Assembly (NCBI RefSeq): GCF_009914755.1
Contig: NC_060929.1
Source: the human T2T-CHM13v2.0 reference genome, Homo sapiens
Length of the DNA stretch: 64,000 nt
Strand: one strand, 5' to 3'
Each line of letters starts with the position of its first letter. Position 1 is the stretch's first letter. Shown here piece by piece: positions 42,472-55,571 of this stretch. A program made the position numbers and the translations under genes. The notes below the pieces were generated by a model that was not told the DNA's origin, did not search any database, and saw nothing but the letters and a program-made list of their open reading frames with translations.

Positions 42472-43265
42472 TGATGCAGTTTGTCTCTGTGCCCCCACCC
42501 AAATCCCATGTCAAATTGTAATCCTCATTATTGGAGAAGGGGCCTGGTGGGAGGTGACTGGATCATGGGGTCAGATTTCCCCTTGCCGTTTTCATGACAA
42601 TGAGTGAGTTCTCATGAGACCTGGTTGTTTAAAAGTGTGTAGCACCTCCCCCTTTATCTCTCCCTCCTTCTCCAGCCATGTAAGTCATGCCTGCTTCTGC
42701 TTCACCTTCTGCCATGATTGTAAGTTCCCTGAGGTTTCCCCAGCCATGCTTCCTGTATAGCCTGTGGAACTGTGATTCAATTAAACCTCGTTTCTATGTG
42801 GTACATGTACACCATGGAATGCTAGGCAGCCATAAAAAGGAACAAGATCCTGTCCTTTACAGGGACATGGTGGACCTGGGAGCCATCATCGTCAGCAGTT
42901 TAACACAGGAACAGAAAACCAAACACCGCATGTTCTCATTTACAAGCGGGAGCTTCTAACAATGAGAACACATGGACACAGGGAGGGGAACGATACACAC
43001 TGGGGCCTGTCAGGGGAGCAGGAAGAGGGAGAGCATCAGGATAAATATTAATAGCTAATGCATGCTGGGCTAATACCTAGGTGATGGGTTGCTAGGTGCA
43101 GCAAACCACCATGCCACACACTTACCTATGTAGCAAACCTGCACGTCCTGCACATGTATCCTGGAATTTAAAATAAAATAAGAATTAATTTTAAAAAAAC
43201 TCTGTTCTCCATGAATTACCTATCTCGGGTAGTTCCTCTTAGCAATGCAAGAACGGACTAATATA
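42472..43265 (+). mobile_element. MST (MSTA-like) LTR, interrupted by L1
   Basis: tgatgcagtttg...ggcctggtgggaggtgactggatcatggg...tagcaatgcaagaacggactaata. Confidence 0.88.
42796..43199 (+). mobile_element. Older L1PA 3' end fragment
   Basis: atgtggtacat...aacagaaaaccaaacaccgcatgttctc...cctaggtgatgggttg...A-rich tail. Confidence 0.9.
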
Positions 43266-43713
43266 CCTGCTTATCCACAAGCCATCAAAATACATTTCAA
43301 GACTGTTGGTGGATGCCTAAATCTGTGGAAAGCACCAAACGCTATGCATACTATGTTTTTTCCTATATGAACATGCTTATGATAAAGTTTAATTTATAAA
43401 TTAGGCACAGTAAGAGATTAACAGCAATAACTAATAATAAAATAGAATAATTACAACCATATACTATAATAAAAGCTACATGAATATGGTGTCTCTCTCT
43501 CTTTCACTCCCTCTGTCTAAAAATATCTTCTTATACTGTGCTCATTTATTTTCTGACCATGACTGACAGAAAGTAACTGAAACTGCAGAAAGAAAAACTG
43601 TATATAATGGGGAACAATTGTATAGCATCAGCCCAGAGGCTGAATGGCCTGGCCTTATAAAATTGGTCCCGCTTTAAGAAGGGTTATTTAGGCAGATACT
43701 ATAATTACATTTA

Positions 43714-44145
<432 letters not shown>

Positions 44146-44280
44146 AGTATGTTAAATACAAAGTCTATCTCTTCGTTCAACCTAATTTTGCAATAATGGA
44201 GTTGAAATAACAAAAAGTGAAACTCATAAATCCTATTGCAAAATGACTTGAATTTTGTAAGCCTAGATAGGGTGATCTGT

Positions 44281-44364
44281 CTGTGTCTGTGTTTGTGTGT
44301 GTGTGTGTGTGTGTATGTATGTGTATATATATACACATACACGTATATATATACACATATATAT
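44281..44364. repeat. Compound (TG)n/(TA)n microsatellite
   Basis: Directly visible. Confidence 0.95.
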
Positions 44365-44459
44365 GACGTGAACCATATTTTTTCATAACTTTTGGAGTTG
44401 GAGAAACAATGACTTGACAAAATTTAGTACGCATGGTATGTAGCTTTGTGTTTTTCTAT

Positions 44460-44642
44460 AGCAGAAAAGTTGGCAAATTCCAACATTTGGACCGAAAAAA
44501 AAAAAAAAAAACCTTTACTGGACTTATTCATTCATTTGCTCTACAACAGCAGATGTAGTTGCAACAGATACCACTATATGGCCCAAAGAGGCTAAAATTT
44601 TTGCTAACTGGCCCTTCACAGAAAAAGTTAGCAGACAACTGC
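44460..44642. mobile_element. MER58-like DNA transposon
   Basis: gttggcaaa ... tatggccca...ctaaaattttt...ctggcccttcacagaaaaagtt. Confidence 0.7.
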
Positions 44643-44749
44643 CACAGCACATTATCACCAATAGTTATTACCATGGTCTGTGTAGGTGCTCAAAAATATT
44701 TAATGAAAATCTGAATTATATAAAGGTTTATTAAGGTTAAAACAGCCTG

Positions 44750-45205
44750 GAATTTTTCCCTCTGCCCTTCAGATCCATTCTTTACTCTTAGCTAGCTCTG
44801 AGCCCTGGAAGCTCACCCTGTATGGATGCAACAGCAACAGGGTCCTTTTCCCATAATTTCCTGTTGGATGTGGGTGCTCATCAAGGGGAATTCAAAGGGT
44901 GGAAGGTTTAAGGTGCTCCCACCCACAGGTGCCTTCCAGCCTAGCAGCTGTTGAGTTGGTTGTATCCCTCCATGCTCCTGTCTGTCAGTCCCCTTTGAAG
45001 TTCCAGCCACTTGTTATGGGTTATGGTCACTACTCCTTTTCCTGAGCCCCTCAGACCTAGCATAAGGTCTGGCAGATCTTGGTAGGGGGCTCCACGATTC
45101 TTTGTCAGTTTTCCTGCTCTCATATGCAAAGATGTTGTTTGGTAAGGTCTCCTGGGTTACCCCACTGGAGTGGGCATTTTTCTTCAGGGACCTTGACTGA
45201 GGCAC
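44750..45205 (+). mobile_element. Old ERVL LTR (LTR33-like)
   Basis: gcccttcagatccattct...gccctggaagctcaccctgtatggatgca...gggaccttgactga. Confidence 0.55.
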
Positions 45206-45606
45206 AAAGTAAACTTCCAATGCCTGTACCCATGTAGATGTGGACTTAAATACTATGTATTTCAGTGACTAGCTGTGTAACTTTGAGAAAGTTCTTTTAC
45301 TTCCCTAGCCTTCTCTGAAAGAGACAGATAATAATACCAACTGCAAGGAATAGTTGCAAGAATTGAGTGGTATGTTGATAAAGTGCTTAATACAATGTGG
45401 GACACTCAGGAAATTCTCAATAAATAGCATAAATGGCAACTACTACTGTTTTTCAGTTTAAACATCTATGACATTCCCACATTAAGAAAAAAAATTTCAA
45501 GAATTAAGTAAAGAATGCATCAGGAGGTTAATATTATCCTAATAACTTTATAGTCAATTCTAACATTTTTTCTTCAAGTATTTTGCTTCAAATGACTACA
45601 TTAAAG

Positions 45607-45818
45607 CAGTGATTCTCAATATGCAACAATTCCCTCCCCTTCTCCCACCCAGGGGACATTGGCAATGTCTGGAGACACGTTATATTGTAATAATGGTGTG
45701 AGGATATGCTGCAAGCATCTAGAGGGGAGAAGTCAGGGATGCAACTAAACATCAAGCAATGCAGAGGATGGTCTCTCAAAACAAAAAATTTGCTAGTCCA
45801 AAATCATGAGAAACCCTA
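45607..45818. mobile_element. MER20 DNA transposon
   Basis: cagtgattctcaa...ccaggggacattggcaatgtctggagaca...gagaaaccct. Confidence 0.85.
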
Positions 45819-48800
45819 AATTAGTGGGATGATTTTAAGCCAACTTTTTGGGGAGCCCAGAAGAGTGAGGAATCCAGTCAACTTCATATTCCATACACTT
45901 TCCAATTTGCAATAGCTCTCCATGATAAGTATGGAGTTGAGAATAAAGTTTTTCTAATATTTCAATGCTAACAGGAAATATTAGTCATAAATAGGCAAAT
46001 CCCTTAAAAAACTGTTTAAAAAACTTTTAAAGCAATAAAATTTCCACTGCTCATTAAACATGAAAGTGAGCCAGTGGTATTAACATCCATTTTAATAATT
46101 TTAAAATGGAAGAAAGCAATTATGCACTTTGTTCATCATCACAAAATTTAATCATAATACAAGTGGCCTCAGTTATTCATTTTCTCTTCTTCCCCATCTT
46201 CTCTCCCATTCTATGGCCTCTTCCTCTAAATCCTACAACACAGCAATGCATTTCTGCTGAGCTATATCACTTTCCACTTTGCCCCGCAATTTCACACGCT
46301 ACAAATGTATGGAGTCTTTCAGCAATCAGTCAAAGAAGCAGAGTATTTTTGTTCATTTGGTTTTGGTTTTATGGGGTGGGGATGTTGTTTTGGGTGTTGT
46401 TTAGTTTTTTGTTTGTTTGTTTACAAAGTGGACAGGCACTCTTCCCACTTGTTGTGTTGCGTCTTATCAGTGTTGGTACCAAGGCAGTGCCTGATAGATT
46501 CCCTAGTCAATCAGTGCTTTCAGTTTTCACTTAAAGCCATCCTTCCCAGCAAGATTTCTTACACACACTTCACAGAACTCAGAATCCACAGGAAGGAGGC
46601 CACGGGACTGGCCTGGAAGACAACTCAGCTACAAACGAGACTCCATGCCGAACTCAAAATCTCTGCTTCCTTCTGAAGATGAAGTCTTTGTTATTGGGTC
46701 AAGCTTGACTCCTCCTCTGCCTTTCTCAGAAGGCATCCTCTCCCAGGAAATTTCCTCCATCCTTTGTCCTTCATGCAATGAGGAGGCAGTGCCCTGTAGG
46801 GTTTCAGAGATGACCAGACATGTCTGTATCCAAGGGGTCTGGCTCAGGCAAGACCCTAGCTCATGGTATTTATCATATTCTGACCTCTCACATAATCAAA
46901 GCCATAAGCTTCAACCCTCCCTGACCCCCAAAATTGCTTAGTAGACCAATATTTTGCTTGCTGAACTCTTTACTAACTCTGATTTTTATCAAATAATCAT
47001 TATCCAAATATTTGATAAAAAATTAATACCATCATAGAAGTCTGCCAAGTGAACATGTTCAATGGACACCATGGAATATACCGAGAAAGAGGCATTCGGA
47101 TGATTCCTCAGGTAAGTGCCTTTATTATGCAACTTTAGGGAAAATACAATAAAACCCTATTATGAACTGCCTTCCTATACCATTAATCCAATTATACTCT
47201 GGGACAAAATTGTATTTCTGTGTTAAAATGAAATATACTTTATTTCTCCTTCTATTATATAGAAGTATATTGGGTTATTTTCCTTGGTAAAAGTGACTTA
47301 ATGGTGATGCATCACACTTGACTACCTTAAAATTAACTCCCGATATATTGCATTATTTACAAATATATGAAAGAAGAGCAAAACACCTATTTTTTCTATT
47401 AAAAACTCCTATTTTCTCTCACTGTGTTAATGTGCAGAACAACGGCAGTTCATGTATTATAATTACATCTTTTTTTCTCTCGATCCAGCAGAGGATATAC
47501 TAGATTTTAGAAGCTCAAACAGAAAGACCTTTGAATAGGTTTAGAACTGCAAAGATGAAATGCAGAAGTGAATGTACAAAGACGTAATACTCAGGGTCAT
47601 TCTTGGGCTTTGTCTCCAGAGAGTCACTTCCAATGGCACCAGAAAGGTTTGTGCAAGGCAATCGTCTGCCCACAACAGCAGGGTGACTGTCTATGATTGC
47701 GGAATCTTGGAGATGGTGTGCTGCCAAGGTCAAAGAACACAGAAAGAGGACCATACAATGGCTTCTGTTCTGAGAAAGAATGTTCTGCCACATATATAAA
47801 TGTGGATTGAAGAGAAAAGTGGCATTTTAGCAATTTTATGAAAATGGAAGTTATCCAGTAAACTAAGCCTGTGTTCTTCTCAGGGTCAGCTAATGTGACT
47901 CCAAAAAACATTCTGCTCCGTTAAACATGCATGAAGAAGTTATATTTTGTGTAAATGTACTTCCCAGTGTGATTAGCGTTCTTTCAAGGAGATACCTTAT
48001 TGAATAGGTTTTTCAACTTCACATGTTCACATTCTTGAAAGAATAATGGATCCTTCATTAAAGACATCACAGCGTTTTGGGTGTCATGCTTGATGACACA
48101 CAATGAATTGGTCATTAAGGAAATTCAGCCACGCAGAAAGGACAGGAGAACAACTGGTTGACTCTTCTAATGACTCAGACAATGCTGGCAAAGCTGCTTT
48201 CACTTATGGCTGGTTTATAGTTGCAGAACAAGCATTAATTTTTCAGACATAACAAATAGGTGAAAGATTCAACCACCTCAGGAGCAAGTGTCCATCTTCT
48301 GGAAAAACAGTTCGCATACTGGTGTTTTTCATCGAAACAGATCTATTCACACGTGACTGCTGCCCCATTCTATTGCTGTTGGCTGAAAAATTTTGTGCAT
48401 CTTAGACATAAGTCAAAGTAATCATACCTAGGTACCTAATTATTTTCTCATTCGATCATATGGATTCAAGAGAGCACACTTTTAAGATTATGGTATTTTG
48501 AAATAGAAATGCATGTTGCACTATCCTCATTGCTCCGTGTGGCTTTGTTTACCTTAGGCTGAATCCATTTTGATTTCTTACTAGCAATGACAAGACACTT
48601 TGCTTGTCCGTTGTGTCTGGTTAACCAGGCCTTCCCATGAAAGTCTCAGGAATGAATAGCTCTGTATTCCTTCATCTGAGATTGTCTAAATATTTGAACT
48701 CAAGATTTTTCTGTGTCTGGCTGAAAGGTGAATGAGAATTAGAGAGGAAACCCAGTGTCTGACAGCAACTTCACTATCCCCTTCTCCTCCCCATTGTCAT

Positions 48801-48954
48801 AGGAAAAAAGGTTCTGGTGAAGGTTATTCTTTCAAGGATAAGCTGACAATTTGGTAAGCCTGTGTAAAAGCACTCTGGCAACTTCTTGATTAATTTTGAG
48901 ATTTTTTTTTTTCACCTTGTGCTGCTTCAAGGCTAAATGAGCCTTCAAGGAGGT

Positions 48955-49305
48955 CATAGGAATGTAAGATCATAAGAAATGCCATAATAGGTCAAATTAA
49001 TGAGCCAGTTAGTGTGATACGCTGTCTCTGAGAGTGGCAACAAGGTACATTTTGTGCATGTTGTCAGCTTCCAAATATTTGAGGCTATAAGCAGGAGTGT
49101 TTCTCAGATCAAGCATCTATTTCAAATGTCCGTGACTTCCTTTATTAATGTGTAATACATCTTTATCCATAAATTCACTTAAACCCATCTGATGATGTTT
49201 TAAATCATGCACTGCTTTTTGTATCATGAGCTTTATAAATGTTTTCTCTAATTTTGCCTAAACTGCTTGTGTCACATTTTCAAGGGTTTCCCGATTGGAG
49301 CTGAT
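48955..49305 (-). mobile_element. Ancient CR1-clade LINE 3' end relic
   Basis: Degenerate terminal octamers cataggaa/tgtaagat/cataagaa followed by atgccataataggtca; the minus strand reads GKPLKM*HKQFRQN*RKH, resembling the CR1 ORF2 C-terminal motif GHPxKL...F(R/K)TNxRK. Confidence 0.6.
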
Positions 49306-49499
49306 AGACCAGTGACTGTGGTTGTATGCATTTCATTTGATTGAGGTGTCTGTACTGAGTTGACTAAATGGTAAAGCCTTTCAAACAGGTGGTGGTAAAC
49401 TGTCCACCTGCAACTCCTAGCACTTTCGGCCAGCTTTTCTTTTATTGCTCCAGGGTCAATACGTTCTATCGTATACTCAAATATTTCCATTAGTTAGTT

Positions 49500-49875
49500 T
49501 TTTGGTTGGCTTGGGCTGCTATAAGAAAATGCCATAGGCTGGGTGTCTTAAACAACAGATATTTATTTCATTCTCACAGTTCTGGAAGCTGGGAAGACTG
49601 AGAGCAAGGTGCCAGCCCATTTGGTTCCTGGTGAAGGCCCTTTTCCTTGTCTGCCTTCTCACTGTGCCCCCACATGGCAGAGAGAGAGACAAAGTGTGCT
49701 CTGGTTTTTCTTCCTCTTGCTATAAAAGTACTAATCCCATGATGTGGGCCCCATTCTCATGACCTCATCTAAATCTAATTACCTCTCTAAGGCCCCATCT
49801 CTACATACCATCACATTAGGGGTTAGAGCCTCGACAGATGAATTTGAGAAAGACACAAACATTCAGTCCATAACA
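49500..49875 (-). mobile_element. MLT1A-type LTR
   Basis: gggctgctataa...ctcacagttctggaagctggg...acacaaacattcagtccataaca. Confidence 0.87.
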
Positions 49876-51574
49876 GTTAGCCAATTTCCTCTTTTTACGA
49901 GAAAGAACTAATCGGGATTCTTCTCACTAAATAAATAAATAAACAGTGTTTCTCAGGACTTCACAACAGAAGCTGGACTATCAAGGATGTATGATGTGCA
50001 CCTGACATGGGTCCATGAGCAGCTGGGCTGTGGAGATGTATTTTTAATTGACAACAAAAAAAAAATAGCAATTCAAAAACCCATTGAAAAGGCAAGAATA
50101 AGGAACAAAAATGGGTATTGTGTTCTTTTATCCACAACAATAAAATGACTTTGGTACAAGATCTGTCTGGCATGTTGCAGAATAAATGAAAACCCAAATG
50201 AAACAAAATGACATTTTATCAGATTGAAAGGAAGTGAGCATTTAATTTTTAAAAATGAGAGAAGAGGAATCCATGCCTGGAGTTGCAGAAGTTCAAATGA
50301 GGGCCTCTCCGCCCCTGCTGAACTGCCTCCTATCTTGCCCCACTGCTATCATAATTTTTGGTTGGTTAAGAATAGGATGGCTCAATCTTAGAACCAGAAG
50401 GGATGTGAGAGATTTTTTTCTTGTATTATAGGTTAAGAAACTGGACTCCAGAGAGTTTAAATGGCTTTCTTGCAGCCACACAGCTGGTTTTTGTCTTGGG
50501 CAAAGATAGGTCTTAGATGCAAGTATGTCGGCCACCAAGCAGGCATGGACAGCAGGGCTGCCCTGATTCCATGCATATAGATGGGATCTGTTCTTTCCTG
50601 AGACCACTTAAGATTACTAACAGGATGTCTTCTTGCAATAAGACTTTCTTTTCTTCTAAACTCACACATCACATGCAGTTATTTAGTGAGTAATTAAAAA
50701 GAAAAAGGCAAAACAAATACACCCAAATCCTACCTTCATTTCTCAATCTATTGAGTAATCCAATAAATTATTTACTTTTGGATTACTTGGGTTAAACAGC
50801 ATTCCCTGCATACTAGATGAGATGTCTTTGATCTTGAGCTTGTTTTAAATAAATAGTTCTATCAAAATAGAATGGCCTTAACTTTCAGCCCTGGGAATAA
50901 ACAAATAGTCTCAATCAATGATGCTGAGACAACCATTTAATATTTTTCAAGAGGCTAAGAAAAGAAATATTTTCATGCCTACAACATTAAGTCAGAAATA
51001 GCCTTTGGCACATATTTCGCTTGGTCTTTTCAAAGGTTGTGGGAAAATATGGGGAAAAATATATAAGCAAAATTAGCAAGGCTACCATGACAACAGCAAG
51101 TACGCAGAGGCAGAGCTAAAACTCTGGAACTCTCAGAGGGAAGGAAAGGAGGGTCCTTAGGATAGTTTATCAGGAAAGAGGCATCAAGCATAAAGAGAAT
51201 TATTGCTAAGTGGACAGATACTGGAACAGATATTTATTGTAATGGATTTCCTGTGGTGTGAAATTTTATCAAAAGGGCACTGTTACTGGGGAGAGACCAT
51301 TTGTTTGAAATTATAAGTGGTTTTTGTTGTAGTGAACTCAGTGTAGAAATAGATGTCCGACACATTCATTTCTGTGGGCTGTCATTTGTTTTTGTTTCAT
51401 GCACACAAGAAGCTGCATGTTTGAGAGTGAGGATAAAAATATGTAGAGAAGTTTTTTTAGTTGAGTTCTCCAAAGTGGCTGACTCAGGACTCAAGAGTAG
51501 ACACCGGGCCTCCCAGTGCTCTTTTGATCACAGCATGATTTTTTTTTCCATTTAACTTGTAAGCCTTAAATATT

Positions 51575-52745
51575 TACATTCTTTCATTGGATCAAGAAAT
51601 ATGTATAGGAAATTACTGTGTGCTGGTCTTCCATAGCTGTTGGGAATACAGTGCCAAACAGGAAAGAGAGCAACATTACCTCTGTGTGAGGGGAGGAAGA
51701 AAAGACACAATAAACAAGTGAACCAATATATAAACAAGAAAATTTCTAGACAAGAGGACCAACAAATGCAAAGGCCTTGAGTCAGTAATGAGTATGACAT
51801 GTGTCAAGGACAAGAGGAGGCAAGTCTACCCAGAGTGCAGTCAGCCAAAGAAAGTGTGGTGTGTGATGAGGTTTGAGACGTAAGTAGGGATCAGACCATT
51901 GGAGGTGTGCAGTGGAAAATTAGCATTCATCCCCAACCAGATGTTTTTGAGACATCTATTAGAATTATCTAAAAACATAACTAATCTCTCATCTGGATTG
52001 TTGCAGTAAACGTAGATTCTTTATTCACAAGGAATGTTGAATCTAAAACTGATAAGACTTGAGGATAGTGTGGATGTGGGAATATTAAGGAAAGGAAGCA
52101 ATAACAACTCCAATGTTTTTAGCCCGAGGCAGTGAGTGGATGGTGCCATTTACTGGCATGGGCAAGCCAGGGAGAACAAATACAAGGGGAAACTGCCTGA
52201 TGGACATATTAACTTTGGAGTGTCCATTAGGCCTCCAAACAATGCGGTCAAGTGGACAGTTACATACATAGTCCACAGCTCGGGAGAAAGACCAAAGATG
52301 GAGCTATAAATTTGCATGTCATCAGCCTAGAGTTAACACAAAGTAATGGGCCCAAATGAAATCACTTAATGTGCAGAGAAGAGATAAGATCCATAGCCTA
52401 GCGCTGGGCACCTTTGATATAGAAGAGAACAGGGAGTGGAGGAATCAACAAGAAGCCTGAGAAGATGTCACAAAAAGATAATAAGAATGAGGTTAGTATA
52501 TATCAAAGAAACCATGAGAGAAAACCATTTCCAAAAAGATAATCGGCTAGGTCAGATACTGCTGAGGGACTCAATAACAAGGAAACAGAGAAGTGTATGT
52601 TGGACAATTAGAAGGTCATTGGTGATATCTAAGACTAGTTTTCCTGCAGTGACAGGGATGACTACAGTTTTGAGGGAATTGAATCATGAATGAGAAATGT
52701 GAAAGGAAAAGCTGTTGAGTGTAGGTAAACATCTGTTCAACAAGG
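51575..52745 (-). mobile_element. L2 LINE fragment
   Basis: L2 motifs caaatgcaaaggccttgag, gatggtgccatttactg, gagtgtccattag...caagtgga, aggtcattggtga. Confidence 0.75.
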
Positions 52746-53244
52746 AAATAGAAAAAAAACTGAACACCCACTCAAGTAAAGGCATACTTAGTTTTATTGT
52801 TCTTGACTTTATTGTGCTTTGTAGATAATGCATTTTTTACAAATTGAAGGTTTGTGGCAACCTCGCATTGAGCAAGTCTATTGGTGCCATTTTTCCCGTA
52901 CCATGTGTTCACTTCATATCTCTGTCACAATATTAATTTTCATAATATTTCAAACTTTTAAAATAAATGTTATTATTATATGTTATGGCAATCTGTAATC
53001 AGTGATCTTTTATGTTACTATTGTAATTGTTCCGGGGAGCCACGAACCATGCCCGTATAAGATGGTGAACTTAATTTTTAAATGTGTATGTTTTGACTAC
53101 TCTACCAACTGACCATTCCCCTATCTCTCTCCCTCTTCTCAGGCCCCTACTATTCTCTGAGACACAATAATAATGAAATTAGATCAATTAATTATCCCAA
53201 TGGTCTCTAAGTGTTCAAGTGAAAGAAAAAGTTACATCTCTCAC

Positions 53245-53566
53245 TTTTTTTTGTTGTTGTTGTTGTTTTTGAGACAGAGTCTCACTATGTTGCCCAGGCT
53301 GGAGTGCAGTGTCACAATCTTGGCTCCCTGCAGCCTCCGCCTCCCAGGTTCAAGCAATTCTTGTGCCTCAGCCTCCCTGAGTAGCTGGGATTACAAATGC
53401 CTGCCACCATGCTCAGCTAATTTTTTTTTTTTTTTTTTTTTTTTTTAGTAGAGATGGCATTTCACCATGTTGGTCACGCTGGTCTTGAACTCTTGACCTC
53501 AAGTGATCTGCCTGCCTCAGCCTCCCAAAGTGCTGGGATTACGGGCATGAGCCACTGTGCCTGGCC
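53245..53566 (-). mobile_element. AluS inserted in Tigger1
   Basis: Reverse dimeric Alu; TSD tc(t/c)cacttt. Confidence 0.95.
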
Positions 53567-55136
53567 TCCCACTTTAAATCAAAAACTAAAAATAATTAAG
53601 CTTAGTGAGGAAGGTATGCCAAAAGATGAGACAGGCCCAAAGTTGGGCCTTTTGCATCAAGCAGCCAAGTTGTGAATGCAAAGGAAAAGTTCTTAAGGGA
53701 AATTGAAAGTGCTACTCCAGTGAACACTTGAATGATAAGAAAGTAAAACAGACTTATTGCTGATATGGAGAAAGTATGAGGGGTATGGAGAGAAGACGAA
53801 ACCAGCCACAACATTCCCTTAAGCCAAAGACTAATCCAGAGCAAAGCCCTAACTCTCTTTAATTCTATGAAGGCTGAGATAGGTAAGGAAGCTGCAGAAG
53901 AAAAGTTAGAAGCTATGAGATTAACCATGAGGCTTAAGGAAAGAAGCCATTTACATAACATAAAAGTGCAAGGTGAAGCCACAGGTGCTAATATAAAACC
54001 TGCAGCAAGTTATCCAGAAGAGCTAGCTAAGATAACTGATGAAGGTGGCTACACTAAACAACAGATGTTCAATGGAGATAAAACAGCCTGCTATTGGAAG
54101 AAGATGCTGCCTAGGACTTTCATGGCTAGAGAGGAGAAGTCAATTCATGGCTTCAATGCTTCAAAGGATAAGCTAACTCTCTTATTAGAGGCTAATGCGG
54201 CTGGTGACTTTAACTGGAAGCCAATGCTCACAGACCATTTCAAAAATCCTAGAGCTCCTAAGAATTATGCTAAATCTACTCTGCCTGAGCTCTATCAGAG
54301 GAACAACAAAGCCTGGATGACAGCACATCAGTTTACAGCATGGTTTACTGAATATTTTAAGTTCACTGTTGAGATCTACTGCTCAGAAAAAAGATTCTTT
54401 TAAAACATTACTGCTCATTTTCAATGCACCTGATCACCCAAGAGCTCTGATGGAGATGTACAAGGAGGTTAATGATGTTTCATACCTGCGAACACAACAT
54501 CCATTCTGCAGGCCATGGATCAAGGAGTACTTTTGACGTCCAAGTCTTGTTATTTAAGAAATGCATTTCATAAGGCTGTAGCTGCCATAGACAGTGATTC
54601 CTTTGATGGACCAGGGCGAAGGAAATTGAAAATCCACTGAAAAGGATTCACCATTCTAAATGTCATTAAGAAAATTTGTGATACATGAAAGGAAGTCAAA
54701 ATATCAACATTAGCCGGAGTTTGGAAAAAGTTTATTTCAGCCCTCATGGATGACTTTTAGGAGTTCAACACTCCAATGGAGGAAGTAACTGCAGATGGGG
54801 TGGAGATAGCAAGATAATTGGAATTTGAAGTGGAGCCCAAAGATGTGACTGAATTGCTGCAATCTCATGATAAATCTTGAGCAAATAAGGAGTTGCTTCT
54901 TATGGACGAGCTAAGAAAGTAAGTTCTTGAGATGGAAACTACTTCCGGTTAAAGATACTGTGAACATTGTTGAAATGATAACAAAGATTTAGAATATTAC
55001 ATAAATTTAGTTGCTAAAACAGTGGCAGAGTTAGAGAGGATTGACTCCAAGTTTGAAATAAGCTCTACTGTGGGTAAGATACTGTCAAACAGCATCACAT
55101 GCTACAGAGAGAAATCTTTTGTGAAAGAGTCAATCA

Positions 55137-55571
<435 letters not shown>

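Larger units (their letters stand above)
42460..43620. mobile_element. MER44 (Tigger7-type) MITE, interrupted in its left TIR by an MST LTR
   Basis: TA|cagtacaccccc ... cttatccac...gataaagtttaatttataaattaggcacagtaagagattaac...ggggaacaattg|TA. Confidence 0.8.

Noticed and set aside
47515-47911. Three overlapping ORFs suggesting an exon or pseudogene
   Set aside because: No recognisable domain and no convincing flanking splice sites.
53867-54403. TIGD1-like gene
   Set aside because: Internal fragment of a decayed Tigger1 with flanking stops, frameshifts and Alu insertions.
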